Of a stretch of 64,000 bases of DNA, positions 25,480-36,890 are shown piece after piece. This DNA comes from Psammoneis japonica. Lineage: Eukaryota. Both the position numbers and the translations under genes were made by a program. The first letter of the stretch is position 1. Every line of letters begins with the position of its first letter. The stretch lies in contig QPGO01000013.1 in the NCBI GenBank assembly GCA_008632985.1, positions 558,001-622,000 on the forward strand, in the 5' to 3' direction. The notes under the pieces are model-generated. The model was not told where the DNA came from and searched no databases. It was given only the letters and a program-made list of their open reading frames with translations.

Positions 25480-26811
25480 TTACCATTCCTTTCGATAGCC
25501 AATCAAAGCTTCCGCTTCCCAGTCAACGTGATCGTCGAGCCAGTCGACCATTCCTGCTGGTATTTCTCGCAGTGTCAATCGACGACGGCCCTTTCCTTTT
25601 GGAACATGAGATTGACCATGGATGACACCTGTTGTTGCACTACATCGTCGCTGTAGCCCTGTTAAACGTTCGATTTCTGATAGCAGAAACTCGGTCCCAT
25701 GGTCAACCAATGTTTCGTATTGCAATGGGACGTAAGCCAAAACCTTTTTCCAGTTGCTCACATTGATAAAATTTTCAATTTTTGCGGCACGCATATCTAC
25801 AACACTGTCAAAGGGTTTTCCACTTCCATCTTGGCGCAATTCGTAAATCGGATCCCACCCGGAAAAACCGATTGGGTTCTTTTGTACTCTTTCGTTTTGT
25901 TTGCAAAGAGGCATGGCATGATCTGATCGTATCGGAAATCATTTCGGCACACGTATCCCTCTGGAATTTTTCCTCCGTTCTTCTTCACCAATTCTAGATC
26001 TCTTTTTGGTCGCTTGGGCATGGTCCATGGCGTAGTGACAAACTCTTTCCACTTTTTCCTCACATGCTGAAAAGGGGAAAATAGTTAGCAACACAAAAGG
26101 GTGGGACGGTTGTGTACAGTAGGAGAGCCTCCAAAACTTACCGAAGGTGCATGGTGCGGCACTTTCTCATGGCTCTGTCCAATCATACGGATTTCGATTG
26201 ATAGCAAGCACTATTGTATCGTGTTTGACGCGGTCCTCATTTTCTTGAAAATCGTGCTTGTAGCGATGTAAGTAGCGCGTTGTCTGGAAAGTAATTGAAA
26301 AAGACAGAAGAGTCGTGAGTGTTCGGGTACGTCTGATGCAAAAGATACAATTCATGCAACGCTAAACACGCACGTTTAACATGGGGAAGCACTTCTGCAT
26401 TGTGGTTGTTATCCAATTTGACCCGACGTTTCGTTCACCTAAAATTGTAAAAGTTTTGACGTGTTTGCAAGACATTGACTTGAGTTTGTTTTGTTCCACA
26501 AATGCCTTCATCGAGCTTTCGGGTTGTACGTTCAAAGACGACGACGTCGACAAGACAGGGGCGATACCCATTTCCTCATCGTCGTCCGATAGAGGAAGGA
26601 AGTCGAAGAATAGGCCAGACATACGCGTCATGTAGGTCAAGATGACAAGAGTAGCTGTAATGAAAAAAGCTTTCGTTCCATGGCTTCGGATGTAGGAAGG
26701 TTTCCTTGGATTCTTGCTTGTCGTAAACGGGCCATCTGCTAACTTATCTCGCTGACAAGCAGTGGCGACTGGAGACAGGAACGGCCTTCCCTTAAGACGA
26801 AGATTGACCAT
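25480..26811 (-). CDS. Type II membrane protein, putative sulfotransferase-like fold (multi-exon)
   Basis: Single N-terminal TM, then ILGERNVGSNW (5'-PSB-like), RNPYDW (3'-PB-like) and LQYETLV. Apparent indels near 26162-26173. Confidence 0.55.
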
Positions 26812-27556
26812 TGCCTTGGGATTTTTGGTACAATACAGCGCTTTTTCTCGTCCCGCCACACAGAACAGTGAGAGATTTTGGAAGAATTTGCATCAAACAT
26901 ACCGTTTCCGTTGCTTTGTGAGGCTGGATTTCATGGGTCAGTCCTGATCGCCGTTTACGACTGTTTCTAAAATGATATAATCTATTCTCTCATACGTTCA
27001 TAAAAAGCTCTCTCTAAATATATTGGAAAATATTTGTATTAAGCAATGTATAAAGCTATTTGACGTTTCATTCATTATGTCCGTTTCATATCAAATTTGA
27101 ATGGAAGAACGGATTTCGGATTTTGCCTTGTGCCCGCGCGTTGGTGCGTGATCAGGTGTGCGTGCGTAGCGTGGCGTGCGTACTACGTGCGTGTCCAAAA
27201 CATCCGAATTAGCATCACCACCCAAACGGCATACAGTACAGACCAAGGATTTGGTACAGACAGTGGTGCCGTAGGTCTACTACGTCGCCCGAGACCCGAG
27301 GCGTGAAACTGAAATTATGGAAGTGGTAGATGCATCTCAGAATCTCTCGCTACTCTACCAAGCAATAGTTCAAAGATGAATTTATTCTAATCTCGGACCT
27401 ACAAGCCACTGCTACTGGACAGAGAGCTCTAACATCGGTGCTCATGAAACAGTTACAAACTGGAAAGGCGACAAGATTCTAAAATACAAATCTAAGGTAA
27501 CAATAGAGAGCCTCATTCATATACCATTTTAAAATACAATGTTCTAGAAGAAGGCT

Positions 27557-28811
27557 TTATCGCACTTCAAGACCAAGACCTTCTGATTTCTCCCTCAAGT
27601 TGTCTTGCATCTCGTTCACTTCATCATCGGTGAGACTGCGATCCATGGACCTGTAGGTGATTCGGTAGCACTTTGAGGTTCTGTTTGTCTTTGGATGCGT
27701 AAACTCGTCAATAATATCAATCTTCTCCACCAAATCACCGGCAACTCCCCGTGCCATTTCAAAAAAGTCATTCTCCACATAGTCCTCTGGCACCCAAAAG
27801 GCAATGTCCTTGTAGCACGGCGGGTACTTGCTGTAGGGCTTGAATTTAGTGATTTTTCCCGCGGTGAACTGCTTGTGAAAGCGTTCATCGTCGGTCCAAA
27901 AGAGCCGAATATCGGGAATTTCAAATAAAATCATGGCAAGACGTTCGAGTCCAAGACCAAAGGCCCAACCACTGCGATCGGGACGACCCGACATGTCCAA
28001 CACTCGGAATGAATGACACCGCATCCCAACACTTCCAACCATTCACCCTCATAGAGAATCTCACACTCAAAACTCGGTTCCGTAAAGGGAAAGTAATCTT
28101 CACTCCATTTCTTTTCAACGGGTCCAAACAAGTGATCCATGAGTCCCTCCAAACAGCCTTGAGATCATCGGCAATCATTTTGCATTCGGGTGATTCCAAC
28201 CACTCTTCTCTCGACAATCCGTCCGCACCCTTGAGCAATTCGGGATCAAACAACTTGACACCCTCGAGTTGATGAAAGGCGGGATAATGAGACGCATCAA
28301 TTTCATCCCGACGATACACATCGCCGGCACACAAAAAGCACTCGTACCCGTCTCGCAAATGCTGACTCTGATGAGCCGACGTGTGCGTTCGAAGCAACGT
28401 TTCGTCTGTAATGTAATACGTGTCGGATGGACTCCGGCCGGGGTGTTCGGGATGGATGCGCAAATCATCAAAGCATTGTGCCGTTGTGACGATTGGATCT
28501 TCCGCGGCAAACACGTGGTATTCTTCGGGAAGACTGGAGAAGTATTCTTGAATTTTAGCACGAATAATTCCAATGGGATGATTCTCCTTTTCGTGTAATC
28601 CGCGGCCCACCAGTTCGGCAATGTGACGGGGCACATTGTTGGCTGGATGGTCTGTTGTGTAGCGTTCGGGAATGGCATAGTCCGTCTTTTCTGCCGTAGC
28701 CGAACGAACTGCTGTTGTCGAGCGAGAAAAGGCGACGCGGGACGGTACAAAGGCAGCATTTGGGACTGCCATGGCAAGCATTGCCAGGAAGGAACAAGCC
28801 GATACTCTCAT
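27557..28811 (-). CDS. Organellar monomeric phenylalanyl-tRNA synthetase (FARS2-type), with a plastid-type targeting peptide
   Basis: [55 protein letters not shown] and a C-terminal FDX-ACB domain. NAA-FVP cleavage motif. Two apparent 1-nt deletions (about 28157 and 28003). Confidence 0.93.
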
Positions 28812-29366
28812 GATTACAGGTAGTAACGATAACGACTACAACGTAAGATTTATGATGTTGGTCAGCAAAGCAACCACCACAGCACAGAAAAAGATGATGC
28901 GGATCAGATTTCGCATGCATGTTTGTGGCGGGAAATGATGAGTCACGACGCAAAAAACGTCATCCCGTCTCCACCAATCAGAATCCATTTTATACAGTAC
29001 TCCATGCGTTTAAGCTAAAATATTGTATTTACCCTTTCGTTATGTATAACTTAATAATAAAAAGCTAAATCCATGAAAAAGTCTATACCGTTTATGTACC
29101 ATAGACTACATAAACCTACGTGAGCTTCGATCTTTGCAATTTTTGCACGACAAAAAACAAAAAGCAACATAACACAAGGTTCGCACTCTTCGACAATGAC
29201 GGCGTGAGACATCCTGCAACCAATAAGTCACCTCTATTTGAATCCAAACATCAAGAATCTCTGTTGTCAAATTATTAAAAAACATCGCTTGGAGTTTCTA
29301 TCGCAAAACATATCGAGTCAAGTGCCGAGTCTTGCGCGAGGTCCTTCTTTTGTTGTTGTGCATAGC

Positions 29367-30778
29367 ATGTTGCAAAACAACTCCTCGTCCAAGGACGAAC
29401 CATCCTTGATATCATTGCATTCCGATAATGACGAATTGGAGATCCAATACAATCGGCCTTGAAATTGGAGATTTAGAAGAGGTGATGATTTTGACGACGA
29501 CGATCACTCCTCGTTTGCCTCGGACACTGTGGTGGGAGACGAAGAAGAACCCCGATTTTTGGACCCTCCACATCGACACGACGACGACAACGATATTGTT
29601 GCACCCGAGAGTGATCAAATTTACCAAACAACAGTGGAATTGCATGAGTTGGAAGCAATCATTGAAGCACCCTGTGATTTGCCTGCCGAATATGTGCTTC
29701 GAGTCGATCTTGGGGATGGACGAACGCTCGTGACGCAAATTGTAAGTTTCTGAACAAGAGTCTTTTTCAGAGTATAAACGATGTCGACCTGAGAGATACA
29801 AGCTGTTTTATCTTTAGAGTTTGAATCTAACATTGTCTCTTTACAATTATATAGCCGTTTGGTGGTGTCGAAAAGGGTGATTGTTTTACAGCCATGTACC
29901 GCATACACGGTCGACCGGCACCCAAGAAAAAGCGGCGACGGGATTTGTTTCATCGTCAAGAGGAACAAGCCGTCTTTGGTTGGCGTCCCGCAACAAGTCA
30001 TTGGAAATCGTCGTTATTTTCGTGTTTTGAATTTGGTCCCTGTCATCCAAGCTGTCTTGGTGCATGCTGTTGCCACTGCAGTAAGTCGTGGTTTGTTGTG
30101 TGTTGTGTTCGATTTCGGGCTCAATATCTCAACTCTCTTGTGCTACTCCTTTTTGCTGTTTTTGTTTCCTTATTATCACGCTCAGTTTTGCTATCTCAAG
30201 TCATGAATCGAATGAATTTAAATTGGTATGGACGACGACAATCCTCACAACCGCTATCGAGGAGATGGTCACTGGCTCGTGATACCTTTACCTTGTTAGT
30301 TTTGATTTTTACTGCCTATTATACAATACTGGTTTTGTTGGATGCCATTTCAATTAAAGCTTTGAATGATGAATTGAAACAAGAAGAAAAGGCGAAACAT
30401 CATCATCAACAAGGTGACAGTGTACTCTACAATGTCGTGGCGATTCGGATTGGTGTTGCTCTGGTGTTTTCACTCTTTTTTGTTTGGCTCTTGGCACGCA
30501 CCCGACGAGCGGTTCGAGATCACTATCGAATACCACCGTCCGCAACAAGTGATTGTTGCGTGTCGTGTTGTTGTCCCGTCTGTGTCTTGTCGCAGTTGGC
30601 ACGACAGACTGCCGACTATCACCGACAAACGGCAACGTGGTGCACCGATACAGGAGTTTGCGACGATGCGCGCTATGGCAATGTCAGTCGAGAAGAAGAA
30701 GAAGAAAACATGGCGACGCCAGATATTGAAGAAATGTTTCGAGATGAGGACGATGATGCTGAAATTGAAATTGTGTAA
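29367..30778 (+). CDS. PLAC8/Cys-rich membrane protein (multi-exon; 5' part uncertain)
   Basis: WKSSLFSCF...SCLGACCC and RRAVRDHYRIP...DCCVSCCCPVCVLSQLARQ are PLAC8 hallmarks. Confidence 0.75.
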
Positions 30779-31713
30779 TTAGTAGAAAAGAAGCTCTAAT
30801 CCATATGCCTGGTCTAGACTACGGGTAGGGGGTGCATCGATGAAAAAAGTGTGAATGAGAGCCTAGACTCCACCAGCAATTCCTCCTGCCCTGAGACTCA
30901 AAATTGTAGATTCATTCTTACGGTACGCTCTAGAGATGATTTCGCAAGCATGACGGTGAAGAAAATCAATAGAACTGAGTGATCTCTCGTTTCTCCGCAA
31001 CTCGCATAGGTCTTGGTTATAGTCTGGATTGGTCGTGAAGGAGACAAGGAAACGAGAAGAAACCGCTCCGATACTCTAGAGAGAGGATACTGGATGTTGT
31101 GTCCAACTATTGTTTTAAAAACGCATTGTTCGGGCATCCGCACTTCTCAGCTACGGTAGAGAGCCCAATGTGTTTCAGCCATTTTGGTTCGTTCCCCGCA
31201 AGAAGAGAATTCAAGTGCAGGAAGATGATGCAGTGAACAGATTACCATTTGATTGTATGGGAGACAATGAGGCTGGCTACTTACTGGAGGGAAGGAAAGA
31301 AAAAGTGACGAGAAAGGAAACACTCAGACAATGTCGTGTTGTACCTACAGTACGGTACTGTAGTCGTAACTCGAGACATTAGTTACTGTATTATTGAGTA
31401 GGCATTCCCGAGAACTTGGGGCAATATTCAATTACACTACTTTATCGAGTCCAGCAAGAAAAAGACATTTACGAAGGCACCGGCAATTGTTGACAGGCGA
31501 AACGAGAAGTCATATGTCATTCAACATTAAGACTAAAAGACCATACTAATCCCGAAAAGCCAAAAGAACAACGACAAATGTTTATCTCAGTAGGATTCTA
31601 CAAGTATAATACCAGTTCTGCGGTGGTTCACAAAAACCCATGATTCAACCCTGTCCGATTTTTCGCTTCACTTTTTCTCCGTCCACGTGCTCACAATTTC
31701 ACAATCTGTAATC

Positions 31714-32448
31714 ATGAAACTCCCTCTCGCATTGATTTCCCTTGTTGCCTTCTCTGTTTCCGCAGAGGCTCTCGACGCTGTTGCGACTGGCGGTGGGCTG
31801 AGGGGGCTATCCTACTACCACGAGAAAGAAGAAGGCGAGGACAAGGTCAAGCCTGGCAAACCAGAAAAGCCGGGACGTCCGCTCAAGCCCGGAAAGCCGG
31901 GAAGGCCCTTGAAGCCTGGAAAACCTGGAGGAAAGCCCGATAAGCCGGGACGTCCGTACAAGCCAGGAAAGCCCGACAAGCCGGGACGTCCTGAACACCC
32001 TGGCAAGCCCGCAGAGAAACCTGAAAAGCCAGGACGCCCTGAACATCCTGGTAGGCCAGGCAAGCCTGACAAGCCCGGACGCCCCGAGCGCCCTGGAAAG
32101 CCTGCATACCCTGGCAAGCCTGTGGAGAAACCTGAGAAACCTGAGAAACCGGGACGTCCTGAACACCCTGGCAAGCCTTCTGAGAAACCTGACAAGCCAG
32201 GACGCCCAGAACATCCTGGCAAACCCGGCAAACCTGACAAGCCAGGACGCCCTGAGCGCCCAGGAAAGCCCGCATACCCTGGCAAGCCTGCTGAGAAACC
32301 TGAGAAACCGGGACGTCCTGAACACCCTGGCAAGCCTGCTGAGAAACCTGAGAAACCGGGACGTCCTGAACATCCTGGCAGGCCGGACAAGCCTGATAAG
32401 CCCGGACGCCCCGAGCGCCCAGAAAAGCCTGCGCATTACTATCCGTAG
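31714..32448 (+). CDS. Secreted Pro/Lys/Gly/Glu-rich repetitive protein
   Basis: Signal peptide MKLPLALISLVAFSVSAEA, an LRGL motif, then about 200 aa of XXP triplets (KPGKPEKPGRPEHP). Third-position variation between repeats supports the + frame. Confidence 0.85.
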   Translation: MKLPLALISLVAFSVSAEALDAVATGGGLRGLSYYHEKEEGEDKVKPGKPEKPGRPLKPGKPGRPLKPGKPGGKPDKPGRPYKPGKPDKPGRPEHPGKPAEKPEKPGRPEHPGRPGKPDKPGRPERPGKPAYPGKPVEKPEKPEKPGRPEHPGKPSEKPDKPGRPEHPGKPGKPDKPGRPERPGKPAYPGKPAEKPEKPGRPEHPGKPAEKPEKPGRPEHPGRPDKPDKPGRPERPEKPAHYYP

Positions 32449-32672
32449 AGAGACAAGAAGCTATCCAATGCTGTAGCATCATGCTGCTAGTAGTTGAATC
32501 ATAACGTGCTCACGACATGTTGTACGATCCCTTACTATGCTTGTTCGTTGTGTCGATAATTGCTTCGAGAAGGAAGATAACGTGTAACAGAAACAGTTTA
32601 CAGTGTTTCCTTCTGCATTCCTTGTGGAAGTAGTTAGGCCTGCGAAATTCCTTTCCCAAATCCTGTACTACC

Positions 32673-32902
32673 TTCACACACATCATGTCTCTCAAATTTC
32701 ATGATCAAGGAAGATTACACTCAAGAGCAAGCACCAGAATGCTGGTAAACAATCTTCCGCAAAGGACTGCTAAGCGTAGGTTACGTGTTCACACACATCA
32801 TGTCTCTCAAATTTCATGATCAAGGAAGATTACACTCAAGAGCAAGCACCAGAATGCTGGTAAACAATCTTCCGCAAAGGACTGCTAAGCGTAGGTTACG
32901 TG
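32673..32902. repeat. Perfect tandem duplication, 2 x 115 bp
   Basis: ttcacacacatcatg...gtaggttacgtg at 32673-32787 and 32788-32902. Confidence 0.9.
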
Positions 32903-33131
32903 TCGAACTTTCGCAACCACACGCCGTTGATTTGTTGGCAAAACTCTTGCTTTGGGAAGCCGAGAACCGATGGACGAGACTTGGCTATCAGTAAAGCTAA
33001 TGGGTGTTTCAATCCTTCTTTTGCACATATTCCGACTTGATCTGGCTGGAATGGTAATTTCCTACCAGTCTGGGCAACTGGTGGAGGGTCTACCCGAAGG
33101 ACGCTACTCTCTAACCAGTACTGTACATCAC

Positions 33132-34406
33132 TTACTCGTAAAGAGAGCTTTTTGATTTTGTCTCGTCTAGCCTTTTTAGCTCTCCAGGCACTTGTACGCC
33201 ATACTTTGACGCCAAAGCCTTGAGCGTCGTGGCGACGGGTGCGTGCAGTAGAATCCCTTTTTCAGCAGCGTCTCGCTCAAATTCTCGTTCCGGATCACCC
33301 GCCACTAGAGGATTTCCCGGAAGTGATCGCATCCGATTCAGATAGTCTTGCAAACGGCGTGTGAACCCAGGAGTGAATCGATTGGGATCAATCAAAACAA
33401 AGCAGTGTCCATAATTGAGAGGACCATCTCGTGAAATTGTCCAAGGATAAATATCGGGGCCGACCGATGCGCCACTCAAGACTGAACACAAGATCTCTAC
33501 AAACATTCCGAGACCGTAACCCTTGTATCCTGCCGTCTCTTCGGCGCCACCCAATGGATACAGTCCACCAAACTTGCAAATTTCCTCACCGTCCGTGCAA
33601 TCGTTTCCGTGCCGATCCAATCCCCACCCCACTGGAACCGGCTTGTTTATTCGATCCATGACTTCAATCTTTCCAATTGGCACAGTCGTTGTGGCCATGT
33701 CGAGCTGAAAGCTTTCTCCTTCGTTGTCAGCAGGCGCCATGAAACAGAATGGGTTGGTTCCGAGACCACGAACACTTGATCGAGTGGGGACCGCAATTGG
33801 ACTTGTATTGGTAAAGGACATTCCCATGTAACCCTTGTCGAGCGCTATTTTCGCCCAATACCCTGCCGCACCATAATGGTTGCTGGAATGACACGTCACC
33901 ACGGCAACTCCAAATGTTTCCACAAGCTCCAGTCCAACCGTCATGGCCAATTTCGAAGTGACGGCACCGAGTCCATTCATGCCATGGACAACCGCGCAAC
34001 ACCCGTCACGCTTTTCCACGATGGGTATAGCGGTGGCATTGACAAGTCCGGCTCGGATTTCATTGACGTACGTGTCGGTTCGATTGGCTCCGTGCGAAGG
34101 AATGCCTCGTGCATCGGCGTACAACAAGACATGAGCCACCAACCGAGCATTGTCTTGACTGCCACCCGCTCCCTTGATGAGAATGTCTGCCACAAAATCA
34201 TTCAGCTTGTCGCGATTTATACGAATGGTGGTGTTGTCGTTGTCATCGGAGAGACCCACTCGCACTGCATGGGCGGACGACTCGTTTTTCGTTTTTGCAT
34301 CCTTCAAGCATTTTCCAAAAATACGTTGATAGACTACGGGTATGACCAGACCAATCGCAACTCCGACGCCAACAGCAATGCTCGTCGACACTGATGAGCG
34401 GCTCAT
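33132..34406 (-). CDS. Ldh_2 family (type 2 malate/L-lactate dehydrogenase-like) oxidoreductase with an N-terminal TM anchor
   Basis: ADARGIPSHG, SNHYGAAGYW, GTNPF, LDMATT, YKGYGLG. Start chosen at MSRSS. Confidence 0.9.
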   Translation of the reverse strand: MSRSSVSTSIAVGVGVAIGLVIPVVYQRIFGKCLKDAKTKNESSAHAVRVGLSDDNDNTTIRINRDKLNDFVADILIKGAGGSQDNARLVAHVLLYADARGIPSHGANRTDTYVNEIRAGLVNATAIPIVEKRDGCCAVVHGMNGLGAVTSKLAMTVGLELVETFGVAVVTCHSSNHYGAAGYWAKIALDKGYMGMSFTNTSPIAVPTRSSVRGLGTNPFCFMAPADNEGESFQLDMATTTVPIGKIEVMDRINKPVPVGWGLDRHGNDCTDGEEICKFGGLYPLGGAEETAGYKGYGLGMFVEILCSVLSGASVGPDIYPWTISRDGPLNYGHCFVLIDPNRFTPGFTRRLQDYLNRMRSLPGNPLVAGDPEREFERDAAEKGILLHAPVATTLKALASKYGVQVPGELKRLDETKSKSSLYE

Positions 34407-34780
34407 TTTTATTGGAGAGAGACTGCTCATACAGTGCAGTGGCAACCCCACACTTTGGGCCCTACTACGACACGAGTTGACGACGGGCCCTGGAACGAAA
34501 ACGTGAGCGGCCCAGCCCAAAGAGCCCAGAATTTTTGAAAATTTGGATTGGGCACGCGCGCGCATGACGTCATCGTGTACATTTCTACGTACAGTACGCT
34601 GTTTGCCGCCAACGCCCGCCACGAGAAACGATGACACAGAACAAAATGAAATGCCTGCGGAGGTCGTCAGCATTTGCAACAGAACTAAGACGCAAAGAGG
34701 ATTACAATATCGGCACGTTACGATAGGAGAGGAAGAATCTAACGCTCATAAAGTTAAGCTTCAGCACCAGTTTTTTTCAA

Positions 34781-36516
34781 ATGAAGCGGCCGTTTCTGTT
34801 GGCCTCGTTGGCCGTGCTTGTTCATCACGTTGCCGCCTTTACACACACGACATCATTGGTGCACCACAAACAAATGAGAATGAACCCATCAAGGCGATTC
34901 GATCCCACTAAAACAACTTCCAGAACCGAGTCTTCCACCCAATTACAACTGTCAACTTCGTCGCTCATCTCGACAGTTGCTTCCCGCTGGGAGCAATTAC
35001 TGTATTGGCAGGAGTGGTGCTGATTCACGAGGTGAGTCTGATTTGCTTTCCATGACTCAGTTTCTCCTTCGACTAAAATTTTTATCTCTATTTTTCTCTC
35101 AGGCTGGCCATTATCTTGCGGCAAAAAGCTTTGGTATTAGTGTGGAAGAATTCAGCGTTGGCGTGGGTCCCAAACTGGCCGGTGTTACCGCACGCAATGG
35201 CGAGGAATTCAGTCTTCGTGCCTTGCCCTTGGGTGGCTATGTCCGATTTCCCGAAAATTACAATGTCACCTTGGTGCGGCAACAAGAGGAAGAATTAATG
35301 GAGGCAAAACGATTGGCTCGAGAGCAAAACAAAAAGAAAGACTCGGGATTTGTTGGATTTTCGATGTTTGGAAATAACAAGAAAAAACTGGAACAGGAGC
35401 GACTTGAAAAGGAACAAAAAGAAAGAGAAGAGCGCAACAAATCTTGGTGGGCGAGAGCGTTTAAGAATAGCAAGCGCAACAAAAAGGCGAAAAAAGAGGA
35501 TCTACCGAAATCGGTCGAGATTGATTATTACGACGATCCAAATCTGTTGCAGAATCGTCCTTGGGTTCAGCGTGCGGCCGTCCTGAGCGGCGGCATTTTC
35601 TTTAATTTTATCTTGGCCTTTCTTTGCTTTTTTGGCGAAATTACCGTTGGCAATGGCTTGCCTCATCCCGTTGTCGAAACGGGCGCGGTTGTGGCATCGT
35701 TGCGTCCCGACAGTCCATCCCAAAACATTCTGCAGCCAGGAGACGTAATCATGGGAATCAACGGTAAGTTATGGAACGAGGAGCTCTTTTTTCATGGTTG
35801 CTCTGAATATGTATGACATTTCAATCTAACTTTTGTCTGTGATTACAATCACAGGTGCCTCGGTGACCAAGGCGTCTAGTATTGGAAGTTCTCAAAGCGC
35901 CATTTCGGACCTAATTGATGACATTCGTGCTACTCCAACAGGAGATTCTATCGATCTGCTGGTAAAGCGTCCCAAGCAAGCAGATATCATTGACATTGTT
36001 GTAAAACCTAGACCAATGTCCACGCAAGGACCTCAGAGCATAGGAATCATGCTTGCTCCAAATTATATTTGCACCGATGTGATTCGCACAAACTCCATTC
36101 GGGAGGCATCAGTCTATGCTGGACAAGCCGTGGGAGAATTGACGTCTGAAACGACTGGTGCGCTCATGAGATTCTTTGGCCAGTTAATTTTAAACAGTGG
36201 TTCTGCGCCGTCTGGACAAATGTCGGGTCCCATTGGCCTCATTCGGACCGGGAGTGAGGTGGTTTCCAAAAATGACATCAGCGCTGTTGTTACCTTTGCG
36301 GCTGCTGTTTCCATCAATCTGGCAGTCATTAACGCCTTGCCTCTGCCGGCCCTTGATGGTGGACAGCTCGTGTTTGTTTTAGCGGAAGCCGTGACAAAGA
36401 GAAAACTTGATCAACAGGTTCAGGAAACAATCACAGCCTACACCTTGCTATTCTTACTCTTGGTGAGCGTCGGAACGGCTGTCGGTGATGTGGAATCTAT
36501 AATTTTTGCAAGATAA
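34781..36516 (+). CDS. Plastid-targeted M50 (RseP/site-2) membrane zinc metalloprotease
   Basis: VAA-F signal, HE|AGH split by an intron, FSVGVGP, LPLGGYVRF, a PDZ-like region, SGPIG, NALPLPALDGG. Apparent 1-nt deletion near 34984. Confidence 0.9.
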
Positions 36517-36890
36517 GCAATAGAATACGTACTCTGCTACCCAAAGACAACAATCACTTCGTCTTAAAAAGAGACATCCGCACAAATAGTTCGTACCTGG
36601 CAAAAGTCAACTATGATACTGTACGAGGAAGAGTAACGTAAAATCATTATCTTTCTGGTGAAGGTGGTGCGACACCTCGAGAGGACCGCAAGGAGTTATC
36701 GGGCGAGAGTGCTACTGTATCCCAGCCTCTCTAGAGATTAGAGCGAGAAGCCTGATATCGAGTAGGATACGTTTATGCTAAAACACATTGTCTAATGCAC
36801 GTTATCTACCATCTAACACCGTGAACTACTCTAACTGCGATGTCCAGTGGGGTCGTCACCCTGGATTCAGGATCGACCGCCGATGGTGAT

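Noticed and set aside
27921..28160. Programmed ribosomal frameshifting in PheRS or TKT
   Set aside because: No slippery heptamer. Similar 1-nt indels recur in many unrelated genes, pointing to assembly error.
31807..32482. Collagen-like (GLPG/GFPG) and Cys/Gln-repeat antisense ORFs
   Set aside because: Shadows of the + strand repeat gene, which has the signal peptide and the synonymous variation.
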